Assembly: GCA_963845755.1 (NCBI GenBank)
Contig: CAWJTV010000020.1
Coordinates: 128,001-192,000 of the forward strand
Source: an uncultured Planctomycetota bacterium
GTDB taxonomy: Bacteria; Planctomycetota; Planctomycetia; Isosphaerales; Isosphaeraceae
Length of the DNA: 64,000 bases
Direction: 5' to 3'
The translations under genes and the position numbers were made by a program. Below the pieces are notes generated by a model. It saw only the letters and a list, made by a program, of their open reading frames with translations. It ran no database searches and had not been told where the DNA came from. Shown here in pieces: positions 1 through 10,227 of the stretch (position 1 is the first letter of the stretch; each line of letters starts with the position of its first letter).

Positions 1-1205
1 TCGGCCAGCGCCGGCGGAGGCCCCGTGCCGGTGTCGGCCACTTCCACGGCGATCTCGGTATCGCAATCGATCAATTCGATGCGAACGGTACCGCCGGCAC
101 CCGCGGCCTCGATGGCGTTTAAGGCCAGGTTCAAGACTGCGGCCCTCACGCCGGAGGAATCCGCGAGAACCTCGACCGGACGGTCTCCTCGCGGCGGCTC
201 GAGCGCCACTCCGGCGTGCTGGCACGCCGGTTGGACCAGCATGACGACTTCCGCGAGGAGCGGCCGGAGGTCGCATTCCGTCAGCGGCCGACGCTCGACA
301 CGGCCCATCGAGAGCAGGCCCTTGACCTGTTCCTCCGTCATCGCCAACTGTCGCAGAGCCACGCTTAAGGTCTGGTCGTCTGCGGGCGGCGGATACCGCC
401 GGGCATGCAGTTGGACGCTCATTCGCGCGCCCGTCAGGGCGTTACGGAGCTGGTGGGCCATCCCGGCGGCGAACTGGGCGAGCAGGCTGGACCGCTCCGT
501 CTCCCGGATCGTGCGCTGCATGTCGGTCAGTTGGGCGCAGAGATGGTTGATCGATCGGGAAAGGTCCTCGACCTCGTCGCGGTGGCCGCCGAGTGGTAAC
601 TCCCGGAAATCCCCGTCGACGATGCGGGCGACCTGCCGCTGGACCTGCTGGATCCGCACGCCGATTCGATGGGCGATCCAGCTCGTGATCAAGACCATCA
701 CGGCGAGCGAGCCGGCCCCGAGGATCAAGGGGGGCAGCGTAGCCTCCCAGCGGGCCTGACGCCAACTGGTCTCGGGATAGAGCACCAGCAGCGAAGTGCC
801 CGTTGATCCGCCTTCCGAGCGAAAGGAAACCCCAACGTAGGGCGTCCCTTCGAGGAGGGCTGTCGGGAATTCGCGGAGCGATTCTCGATGTGCCGCGGCC
901 GGAAGGGACCGGAGGGCCTGCGGCAAACCCTCGATGTTCGGCAGGCTGCTCCCGGTCACCCGGCCGTCTTCGGAATAGGCCACAAAATGGGCGCCGGAGA
1001 GGCCCCGCATCCGCGTGAGCACGGGGCCGGTATACGGGAAACTCGCGTGGCCGAGTGCATCGATCACGCCGTTGAGCCGGTCGACGATCTGTCGCTGGCT
1101 CCGCCGGGCGGCGAGCGTCGCCGTCGTGATCGCGATGGCCGCAACAGCCACGGTCTGGATGGCGATCAAAGGAATCAGGATCTGGTTGCGGATCGACCAG
1201 CGCAT
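1..1205 (-). CDS. Membrane sensor histidine kinase (HAMP-HisKA-HATPase), 3' end runs off the window
   Basis: Not in the ORF track; manual minus-strand translation from ATG 1205: MRWSIRNQILIPL (TM1), TM2, HAMP (RDEVEDLSRSIN), H-box AAGMAHQLRNAL, N-box VLNLALNAIEA, D-box EVADTGTG. Confidence 0.9.
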   Translation of the reverse strand, partial: MRWSIRNQILIPLIAIQTVAVAAIAITTATLAARRSQRQIVDRLNGVIDALGHASFPYTGPVLTRMRGLSGAHFVAYSEDGRVTGSSLPNIEGLPQALRSLPAAAHRESLREFPTALLEGTPYVGVSFRSEGGSTGTSLLVLYPETSWRQARWEATLPPLILGAGSLAVMVLITSWIAHRIGVRIQQVQRQVARIVDGDFRELPLGGHRDEVEDLSRSINHLCAQLTDMQRTIRETERSSLLAQFAAGMAHQLRNALTGARMSVQLHARRYPPPADDQTLSVALRQLAMTEEQVKGLLSMGRVERRPLTECDLRPLLAEVVMLVQPACQHAGVALEPPRGDRPVEVLADSSGVRAAVLNLALNAIEAAGAGGTVRIELIDCDTEIAVEVADTGTGPPPALA

Positions 1206-1441
1206 CGAGCGGTACGGCCTCTTGAGGGCGTGTTAGATCCAGGTGACTCTTCCATCAAACCTTCCCCGGACTATCGTCCGCAAGGGATGATTGGAGCCGT
1301 GCACGTGCCCGATGCCACGACTACGGAACTCGGCAACGGAGAAAATCTGTCTTTTTGCAAGAAATCTGGATTGGCTGTATCGTCCTGGGTGCACTATGGC
1401 TGAAGACGGGTCTGGGTAGGGAAGGGAGGGGTCGAACCGGT

Positions 1442-2891
1442 ATGCCACACGCAACATCACAAGCGTTGAGTGACCATTTTCAGATCCTGTTCGGCGCGGG
1501 GACCTGCGCGGGGTTGACCGACGGGGAGCTGGTCGAGCGGTTTCGGTCGGGTCGGGACGAGGGGGGTGAGCAGGCGTTCGAGGTGCTGGTTGGGCGGCAT
1601 GGGCCGATGGTTCAGAGCGTATGTCGCAACATGCTGGACGATCCCGCGGACGTGCACGACGCGTTCCAGGCGACGTTCCTGGTCCTGGCGCGCCGGGCCG
1701 TCGCGATCCGGAAGAAGGAGTCGGTCGGAAGTTGGCTCTATGGCGTTGCGGTCCGGGTCGCATTGAGGGCTCGGGTCTTCTCGATCCGTCGGCGGATCCG
1801 CGACCGGAGAACCATCCAGGCGGCGGGTACTGTCGCGACAGTGGCAACAGAAACGCGGGATACTCCTTCCTTCGATCGCAATGAAGGAGCCGCGATCGTC
1901 CACCAGGAGATCGACCGCCTGCCAGAGAAATACCGTTGTCCGATCGTCCTTTGCTACCTTGAGGGCCTGACCCACGACGAGGCCGCCTCCCGGCTGAACT
2001 GGCCGGTGGGAACGGTCCGCAGCCGGCTATCGCGGGCGCGGGATCGACTTCGCTCGCGGTTGACACGACGGGGTGTGACGGTGCCCTCGACTGGCGGACC
2101 GATGGCAGCCTGGCTGTCGGGAGAGTCAGTCGGACCAACAGCGGCGGCAACCACTGCATCAGCCTTGTCTTCGCAGCTATCCACGTCGTTGGCTCGTTCC
2201 GTCACTCAGTTAGCGATCGGCCGGTCCGCGGCCGCCGGCTCGTTGTCGGCTGTCTCGATGGCACTGGCTCAGGGAGTTCTCACGACCATGTTGCTCAAGA
2301 AACTGGCGATTGTCGGATGCGTTTTTCTGTCGCTTGGCATGGTATCCGTAGGCGGTGGCGCCCTCCTCGTAGGGGCGTCTCGGGCACAGGATCCCAAGGC
2401 AGCCCGAGCTGCGACAACACCCCAGCCCACCAAGCCGGCCGCCCAAGGCGAGGCACCGAAGCCCGATGACATTGATCCCCTCCTCAAAGAACTCCTCGAG
2501 GCGGCCCGCGCACGCCTGGACGCCCAACGGGACTTCTACGAACAAGGACGGATCACTGTCGATCGATTCATCGACGCGTGCCGCACGTTTCGGGGAAGTG
2601 GAATTGCTCGCCGCCAAGACGGATGACCGCCGGCTGGCGATCCGCCAGCGACACGTGAGCCTGCTCAAGGAGATCGAGAACCGAGAAGAAGCCGAGATCC
2701 AGGTCGGGAGAGGGACTGCTTCCGACCTCGCCGAGGCCCGCCAGCGCCGCCTGGAGGCGCAGATCCAGATCAAGATCAGCGAGAAGGAAGCCGCGGAGAA
2801 GGCTTCGATCGTCCGCCGCCTGAGCGAATTAGAGCGGAAAGTGGACGAGATTCAGGGCAAGCCTGGCGGGAAGTCGGTCAACACTCCCTGA
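1442..2891 (+). CDS. ECF sigma-70 factor with C-terminal TM helix and extracytoplasmic helical domain (frameshift near 2581)
   Basis: Region 2 ([23 protein letters not shown]), region 4 ([20 protein letters not shown]), hydrophobic segment [12 protein letters not shown]; tail continues in ORF 2466..2891. Confidence 0.9.
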
Positions 2892-2990
2892 ACGATCGAC
2901 CTCTTGCGGACTGGACGTTTGACAACTGATCGAGTAGGACGGTTCTGATGCGTTATTGACCCGCGCATCCAACCCGGCGGATCGATCTTC

Positions 2991-3245
2991 ATGAGCCACC
3001 AAGATCTACTTGATCTTCTGCGAAGATGTCCTTTTGCGCCTTTTCGGATCTTCGCCACCGACGGGAGGACTTACGATGTGCGTCATCCGGACCAAGCCCT
3101 GGCCTTGAGAACGCGCGTGATCCTCCCGCTGGCATCCAACCCCGACGAAGTCGCTGACCGATCGGAACATCTCGCACCGTTGCATATCATCCGAGCCGAG
3201 GAGCTCTCTCCGGACTCGCCTTCGAGGCCAGCGGCAGCCGGTTGA
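2991..3245 (+). CDS. Small conserved hypothetical protein (PFxPFRI-DG-HP type)
   Basis: 84-aa ORF with protein-like composition and a motif I recognise from planctomycete hypotheticals. Confidence 0.7.
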   Translation: MSHQDLLDLLRRCPFAPFRIFATDGRTYDVRHPDQALALRTRVILPLASNPDEVADRSEHLAPLHIIRAEELSPDSPSRPAAAG

Positions 3246-3270
3246 TCGGTCGGTCCGAGAATATTCTCGC

Positions 3271-4614
3271 TCACGGCTTGACGGATTCGTTCACGATCCG
3301 GTGGAACTCGTTGCGGAGATTGAGGCGGTCCGAGGGGAAGACCTGGGTCAGCATGATGCCGATCACCTCGTCCTTCGGGTCGACCCAGAAGTCGGTGTAA
3401 TAGATCCCGCCCCAACTGAAGGTGCCGACGGGGTCCTTCTTGCCGTCGTTTGCCGGCCGGGTGGTCACGCCGAAACCGTAGCCGAAGCTGTTCCCGTGAA
3501 CCCCGATCCAGACCGGCAGGCTCTCCGTCTGGTCGCGGGTCATCACGGCGACCGTCTCGGGACGGAGGATGCGAACACCGTCCAGCTCGCCGTGGTTCAG
3601 GAGCATTTGCAAGAACCGGGCGTAGTCCGCGACGGTCGAGACCAGGCCCGCGCCTCCGGAGTAGTAGCCGTTGTTCCCCTGGTAGGGGAAGCTCGCCGAG
3701 TAGATGCACGCTCCTCGGACCGTCGGTCCCTCTCCGGTCCGGACGATCGTCTCATTGGTTCCTGGCTCGTAGAGCGCCGCCAGGCGGCTGCGCTTCGATT
3801 CGGGGAGGATGAAATGGGTGTCGCCCATCCTGAGGGGCCGGAGGACCCGCTCGGTGAGGTAGGCGTCCAGCGTCTGGCCCGAGACGATCTCGACCAGCCG
3901 GCCCAGGACGTCCGTGTTCAGGCCGTATTCCCAGGCCGTTCCCGGCTGGTGGAGCAGGGGGAGCTTCGCGAGCCGTCGCACATTCTCGGCCAGCGAGTGG
4001 TCGCAGGGACTGAGCCCGTCGCAGATGCCCGCCTCGGCGTAGAGCCGGCCCAGGATGGGTCGGTCGGTCATCCGATAGCATAGACCCGACGTGTGCATCA
4101 GCAGGTCGCGGACCGTGATCGGCCGGTAGGCATCGACGAGGTCGTAGTCCTCGCCCGAATTCCCGGGCGACGTCGAGCCATTACCCTTCTTTCGAGGCAC
4201 GGCGACCTTCATGAACTTGAACTCGGGCAGGAATCGGGAGATCGGGTCCGAGAGATTGAGCCGACCCTGGTCGGCCAGGATCAGGATGGCCGTGCTGGTG
4301 ATCGGCTTGGACATCGAAGCGATCCGGAAGATCGACCCGGGCGTCATCGGGTTGCCGGTCTCGGCGTCTTGCATTCCCACGGAGTCGAGGTAGGCGATCT
4401 TGCCATGCCGGGCGACCAGCACGACCGCCCCGGCGATCTGTTTCTTCTCAACGGCCTGGCGGAACACGACGCTCGCACGCTCCAGTCCGGCCGGATCGAG
4501 CCCGACCTGGTCGGGCCGGGCACGCGGGAGTCCGTCGTCGGACTGCACAGGGCGACCCGTCGCGAGGATCAGAAGAACCAGGGGGATCGCGTCGGAGAGT
4601 CGGCGGCATCGCAT
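3271..4614 (-). CDS. Serine hydrolase, beta-lactamase (class C-like) family, exported
   Basis: SxxK motif FRIASMSK, LLMHTSG, WEYG, GGAGL, SWGG; signal peptide after MRCRR. Confidence 0.9.
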   Translation of the reverse strand: MRCRRLSDAIPLVLLILATGRPVQSDDGLPRARPDQVGLDPAGLERASVVFRQAVEKKQIAGAVVLVARHGKIAYLDSVGMQDAETGNPMTPGSIFRIASMSKPITSTAILILADQGRLNLSDPISRFLPEFKFMKVAVPRKKGNGSTSPGNSGEDYDLVDAYRPITVRDLLMHTSGLCYRMTDRPILGRLYAEAGICDGLSPCDHSLAENVRRLAKLPLLHQPGTAWEYGLNTDVLGRLVEIVSGQTLDAYLTERVLRPLRMGDTHFILPESKRSRLAALYEPGTNETIVRTGEGPTVRGACIYSASFPYQGNNGYYSGGAGLVSTVADYARFLQMLLNHGELDGVRILRPETVAVMTRDQTESLPVWIGVHGNSFGYGFGVTTRPANDGKKDPVGTFSWGGIYYTDFWVDPKDEVIGIMLTQVFPSDRLNLRNEFHRIVNESVKP

Positions 4615-4828
4615 GGGGCATCTTCCTGTTGGATCAGCAGGATGGTTCGATCCCTCGGTCTCCGGGTCCTCCTGACCATGCCCCTCATTGTGCCGTCTCG
4701 TGCGGCGAACACAAGAGACAAGCATCCCCGATCCAACCTCGCTCTCAACGCAGCTCTTGGGCCCGACCTCACCGAGATCGTGAACATGGCCGAGTTTCGG
4801 TGTCCAGTCGACCAGGTTGCAGCCCTCA

Positions 4829-5007
4829 TCAGCCTTGCATCGAGGCAAGCCGTTCGACCAACGTCGCAAAGGCCGGTTCCGACGCCTTCCCGCGTCGGGC
4901 GTTGGACCGGTCCAGCAGCTCGTCGTCCGTCAGGTCGCCGACTTCTCCCTCTTTCAGAAAAGCATCCGGAGATGCCTCTGGACGCCGTCCGATCGAGGGC
5001 TTATCAT
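4829..5007 (-). pseudogene. Truncated N-terminal remnant of an ECF sigma factor
   Basis: GAGGAG RBS and ATG 5007: MISPRSDGVQRHLRML / frameshift / EGEVGDLTDDELLDRSNARRGKASEPAFATLVERL then stop; parallels the N-terminus of the ECF at 1442. Confidence 0.7.
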
Positions 5008-5279
5008 CTGCGCCGGCTCCTCTACCAGGTCGGGCTCCCGTCTTCACCCTTTATTGTGCCCGTCGAAGGGTCTGGTCAGTCCCACAATCTCGGATCGATT
5101 CCGCCAGGTCGCAGCCGATGACCAGGGTTGGGGCGGTGATGCTATTGGCCCGTCAAGATTCATGTTCCAGAAGAGCAAATCGTGTTTGTCCCGGAATCCG
5201 CCCGGCGCCCGAAGTAACGAAATGAGGCAAGAACGTGCCGGGCCGGGAAGGGCGAAGCCGCCTTACTGGAGGTCAACCC

Positions 5280-6384
5280 ATGCGACGAGATGCTACGGAT
5301 CCCTGGGAAAACCCGGGGTACGACCGTTTCGGGCCCGCGACGATGAGCGCGGGACTTGTACGGACCGGCCGGCTCACTCGGGAGTGGGCGGTCCTGATCG
5401 TTATGCTCCTGATCGCCTTGGTCTGGCTCTCGAACCTCAGTCCGGACGAGGACGCCGTGCGGATGCAGTTAATCCGACGCGACTCGGGCGCTCAGAGTGT
5501 AGCGCTGGCATTCTCTCCGGATGGAAACACCATCGCGACCACGCATTCGGACGGGCACGTGTCATTGCGGGATCGGACAACTGGATGGGGCGTCCCACGG
5601 TACTTGCGCGAACCGCGGTCACGACGGGGCCGTGACTTTCTCGCCCGACGGCCGATCCCTGGCCGCGGGAGGAAATCGGCCCGACATCCTCGTGTGTGAT
5701 CGAAATAGGGACGGAGCCGAGCGTCGCTTGGGGATGAGGATCGGTGAGACCAAGGCCTTGTCCTTTTCCCCGGACAGCAGGATCCTGGCGGCGACCGGCC
5801 GCCTTCGGAACGAGATCGTTCTCTGGGACATCATTTCGGGGCGAGAACGGACGACCCTGCGGGGCCACTCGGCCGGCGCGATCAGTATCGCCTTCTCTCC
5901 GGATGGCCGGTCTCTCGCCTCGGGGGGACTCGCCGATGTAGAGATCCTCGTCTGGGACCTGACCACCGGAATACCGCGGCTCCGGCTGGAGGTCCCGCGT
6001 GGCCCGATCAACGCCCTTGCCTACTCGCCGGACGGTACGCGGCTCGCTTCGGCCAGCGTCGTCGAGCGCGGTGCACGGCTGTGGGACGTGAAGTCGGGCC
6101 GGATGCACCGCCTCATTGCGGATCATCTCCCCATAACCAACACGCTAACCTTTGCGCCAGATGGCGGTTTTCTGGCCACGGGGGGCTGCGATGGGAAGGT
6201 CAGGCTCTGGAGCGTCCCGAGCGGACGACCCCTCCACAGCCTCGACGCGCAGACCACGCGAGTGGGTGCCGTCGCCATCTCACCGGACGGTCGCACGCTC
6301 GCCGCCCTCGCGAATGACGACGGGATCCGGTTCTGGGACCTGACCGATCTCGTGAAGATCCGGTCCAGTCTGCCGCCGGGATAA
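5280..6384 (+). CDS. Membrane-anchored WD40 beta-propeller protein (frameshift near 5607)
   Basis: GGAGGT RBS; TM segment; about 7 repeats of FSPDG..LA...WD across ORFs 5235..5699 and 5521..6384. Confidence 0.85.
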
Positions 6385-6579
6385 CTCACGGCTTGGATGG
6401 TGACCCATGGGCAGCAGGAGGGATCGGATCGGGCCATCCATTCGACGCCGACTGGCACCCCAAACGGGTGCCTGTGCCGCAGCCCGTGATCGACTCGGAC
6501 GGAGCCTCGCGCCCATCCCCTGAAGGTGCATTCTGTCCCCCGCAGCCCGGTGCCACAAGTGTGGAACCCCGACCGCCGG

Positions 6580-8211
6580 TCACGATGGTTCCGCCAGCAT
6601 CTTGCGCAGGACTTTCTTGTCGATCTTCCCCACCCCCGTCTTGGGGAGCGACTCGACGAAATGGATGTCATCCACCAGCGGCAACTGCCACTTGGCGAAC
6701 TTTCGGGCGAGCAGGTCGAGGATCGCCTGCGGCTCGACCGGATGATTCGAATCGTTGCGCTTGACCACGAGGACGGCCGGGACCTCGTCGCAAACCTCGT
6801 CGAGCCGGGCCACGACGGCTGCTTCGAGGACACCGGGATGCCCCAGTACGGCGTTCTCCATATCCACGCTGGAGATCCACTCCCCCTTCCGTTTGATGAG
6901 GTCCTTCTTGCGGTCGGTGAGCTTGACGTAGCCATATTGATCGATGCTCGCCATGTCCCCGGTTCGGAACCAACCGTCGGCCGTGAACGCGGCGCCGGCG
7001 GCGGGGTTACTGTAGTAACTGCTTGCGATCCAGGGCCCGCGCACGGCCAGCTCGCCGACGTGCTCGCCATCCCAGGGCAGCTCTTCCCCGTGGTCGCCGA
7101 AGAGTTTCGTCTCGACCCCGGGGACCGGGATGCCCTGCTTGAGCCGAACCTCGAGCTGCTGTTCCTCGGGCCAGTCCTCCATGGCGGCCTTCAGGCGGGA
7201 GACGGTCCCGATCGGCGAGGTCTCGGTCATGCCCCACGCGTGCAGGATCCGGATGCCGAAGTCGCGCTGATAGTTCTCGATCATGGCCCGCGACGCGGCC
7301 GACCCGCCCACCATGAGCGTATGTAGCTTCGACAGGTCGTATCGCTTCTCCTTGAGGTGCTGGTAGAGGAGGTTCCAGATCGTCGGGACGCCGGAGGCAC
7401 AGGTCACCCGCTCGGCCTCGAGCAGCTCGGCCAGCGGCTGGCCGATGACTCCCGAGCCGGGGAAGACCTGCGTGGCGCCGCAGAGCGTGGCGGAGTAGGG
7501 GAGTCCCCACGCGTTGACGTGGAACATCGGGACGGCCGGCAGCGTGACCTCTTTCTCGGCCACGGCGCCGCCGTTGACCATACAGCCGGCCATCGCGTGC
7601 AAGAACGTCGAACGGTGGCTGTAGAGCACACCCTTTGGGTCGCCGGTCGTCGCCGAGGTATAGCACAGGCCCGCGGCCAGGTTCTCGTCGAGCGTAGGGA
7701 ACTCGGCCCGGGCCGACGCGGCAGTCATCAGCTCCTCGTAGTCGATCGACGGTTGCGGCAGAGCCGGGACCTGCGGACAGCGATCGTCCATCAGTACGTA
7801 TTTCTCCACGCCCGGCAGGTCGGCCTGGAGCGCGGCGAGCAGTGCCGCGACCGAGCGGTCGGCGAAGATCACGCGATCCTGGGCATGATTGATGATATAG
7901 ATCAATTGCTCGCGAGCGAGCCGGAAGTTGATCGTGTGCAACACCGCACCCAGCGACGGGATGGCGAAGTAGAGCTCCAGGTGACGATGGTGATTCCACG
8001 CCAACGTGGCGACCCGGTCGCCCGGCTGGATGCCGAGGTCGCGGAGGACGTTCATCAGACGATGGACTCGGCCCTGCAAATCACCGTAAGTCATGCGGTG
8101 GATGGTGCCATCGGCCCACCGACTGACAATCTCCTTTTCGGGAAAGAACTGGCCTGCCCGGCGGAGAATGCTCGGAATCATCAGCGGCCATTCCATCATG
8201 AGTCCGTTCAA
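6580..8211 (-). CDS. Fatty-acid/acyl-CoA ligase (AlkK/DmdB-like AMP-binding enzyme)
   Basis: YTSATTGDPKG, PMFHVNAWG, WGMTE, WFRTGD, GKIDKK motifs. Confidence 0.92.
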   Translation of the reverse strand: MNGLMMEWPLMIPSILRRAGQFFPEKEIVSRWADGTIHRMTYGDLQGRVHRLMNVLRDLGIQPGDRVATLAWNHHRHLELYFAIPSLGAVLHTINFRLAREQLIYIINHAQDRVIFADRSVAALLAALQADLPGVEKYVLMDDRCPQVPALPQPSIDYEELMTAASARAEFPTLDENLAAGLCYTSATTGDPKGVLYSHRSTFLHAMAGCMVNGGAVAEKEVTLPAVPMFHVNAWGLPYSATLCGATQVFPGSGVIGQPLAELLEAERVTCASGVPTIWNLLYQHLKEKRYDLSKLHTLMVGGSAASRAMIENYQRDFGIRILHAWGMTETSPIGTVSRLKAAMEDWPEEQQLEVRLKQGIPVPGVETKLFGDHGEELPWDGEHVGELAVRGPWIASSYYSNPAAGAAFTADGWFRTGDMASIDQYGYVKLTDRKKDLIKRKGEWISSVDMENAVLGHPGVLEAAVVARLDEVCDEVPAVLVVKRNDSNHPVEPQAILDLLARKFAKWQLPLVDDIHFVESLPKTGVGKIDKKVLRKMLAEPS

Positions 8212-8321
8212 CGCACACCTCGGCTAGACTTTCTTCGATTCTGCGGAATAACGGGAAACGCGGAATCTATGATACGGTGAATGAACGGGAGATAGTATCG
8301 TTTTCTGGAGCGAACGAACTC

Positions 8322-10032
8322 ATGGTTGACTCGATGTCGGAGGCGCGATCGGGAGGACCGCACGACGGCAGCCGGCTGGCGATCTGGATCACGGCCGTGC
8401 TGGCGGTGTCGACCGCGATGTCGCTCGGTTTCTGGGTCGTGCGGGGCCTGAGTGAATGGGACACCGAGCCACTCGAGTCGCCCTTGATGCTCTCCGTGGC
8501 GCGGCAATTGGTGGTCGGTCCCAGCGAGCTTTACGGCCCCTTCGGCGGCGAGAATCCCCTGGTGTTGATCCATGCCCCGCTGTATTACCGCCTGGCGGGC
8601 CTCGCGGCCTGGCCGATGACCCGAGCCGGGATGCACCCCGTCGCGGCGTCGCGGGTGGCCGGCCGATCATTGTCGTTTCTGGGGCTGCTGACGACGCTGC
8701 TGGTGGCCTATCGCCTGGCGCGGCTGGACGGCGGGACGGGGCGTGCGGGATGGTGGGCGGTGCTGTTGATCGCCGCGACGCCGATGCTGGCGGGACAACC
8801 CTTCGCCGTGCGCCCGGACATGGTGGGTGTGGCGTTGCAGACCGTGGGCGTGCTCCTGGTCCTCTCCGCACTCCAGCGGGGGCCGCAGGCCGGTGGACGC
8901 GTGCCATGGGCATTCCTGGCGTTCGGCCTGGCGGCCTGCGTGAAGCAGCACCTGATCGCGGCGGCGGGGGTGAGCATGGTCCTGTTGTTCGTGGGCTGGC
9001 GCGGGTCGGGTTCGTACGCGAACGATCGGGCAGGGCCTGACGGCGTACGTGGGGATCGTCACGGTCGTCTACGGCGTGGAGTGGGTCGTCACCAGCGGTC
9101 GGATCTGGGAGGCGGCGTTCGTCGCGGCCGGGAACGTCGGTCGCGTCCACCCGGGAGGCTGGGAGCATGTGCGGCTGATGCTCGTCGCGCTTGTCAGCCG
9201 GGCGGCCGGGCTGATCGCGTTGTGCGCCAGCGTCGGCCTGGCCATGGCCGCCTCCACACGCGGCCTCGGCCGGAGGGTCGTACTCGTCGCCGGATGCGGA
9301 TTGATCGGACTGATCCTGGCGGCACAATGCCTCCGGATGGCGGTGAGCTGGCCCGAGCCCGGTGCCGTGATTGCGGTGGCCGCTTTACTGACCATGCTGG
9401 TCGTCTTCCCGCTCTGTGCGTGCTTCGAGCGGTCGTCCCTCCTGGGGAATCGCCTCGATGCGGCTTTCTGGCTGTATACGGCCGCGGAGCTCGCATTGGC
9501 GCTCGTTCTGTGCGAGCTGAGTACGGGCTCCTGGTTCAACTACGCTATCCAGGCCGTCGTTTTCGGAGCGATCCTCACGTCCCGCGTCGCGTCGCGTGCC
9601 GTGGATAGCTCGCCATCGCTCCGGGTCCGCTGGCCGGTCGCCGTGGCGGTGCTCTCCGTGCTGGTGTCGACGGTCTATCACCTTTTCGAGGCCGAGGCCG
9701 AGATCCGCCAAGATCGCGCCGTGATGAACCGGATGGTCGAGCACTTGAAGCTGCCACCCTCGTCATTCTTTTTCCTCGAACGGCCGGGCATTAATCGGGT
9801 CAACGGCCGGCTCGAGCTGGTCTACGATGATTGGCTGTATCCGGTCTTCGAGTCGCTCCACCTGGCCGAGCCCCGCTCAGGATGGCTCGTTCGCGCGCTT
9901 GGATCCCGCACGCTACGTGCGGTCGTGATGATGACACCCGGAGGTGAAATCGAAAGGACCGGCCTCAACCTCAAGCGGCTCGGTTTTCAGAGCAACATCA
10001 AGGTCGGGCCGTTCTTTGTCTGGACGCGGTGA
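8322..10032 (+). CDS. Polytopic membrane glycosyltransferase-like protein (GT-C fold; frameshift near 9005)
   Basis: N-terminal loop E..L..LY, HAPLYY, RPD motif, KQH, many TM helices; second half is ORF 9049..10032. Confidence 0.7.
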
Positions 10033-10132
10033 ATCCTCGAGGCTGAGCGTTTCGATCCCGACGCCGCGGTGGACCCGTCGCGGGGAAACGGCCAGTTCTT
10101 TCGGGCCATCTCTTTCGGCTTGATCCGTGGGG

Positions 10133-10141
10133 TGTTACAAT
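10133..10141 (+). promoter_or_regulatory. Possible extended -10 promoter (TGtTACAAT) for the ABC operon
   Basis: TGnTAnnnT match about 90 nt upstream of ATG 10228. Confidence 0.3.
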
Positions 10142-10227
10142 CGTCGGGAGCCGATGAACGAATTCGCTAAGGGACCCGATGGAGTTGCTCCGGATGCGGG
10201 GCTCGGCCCTGGGAGGGGTGGTCCGCC

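Noticed and set aside
6445..6552. Degenerate palindromic repeat between the WD40 gene and the CoA ligase (ggcacc...ggtgcc, cgcagccc x2)
   Set aside because: Short, imperfect and with no second copy in the window
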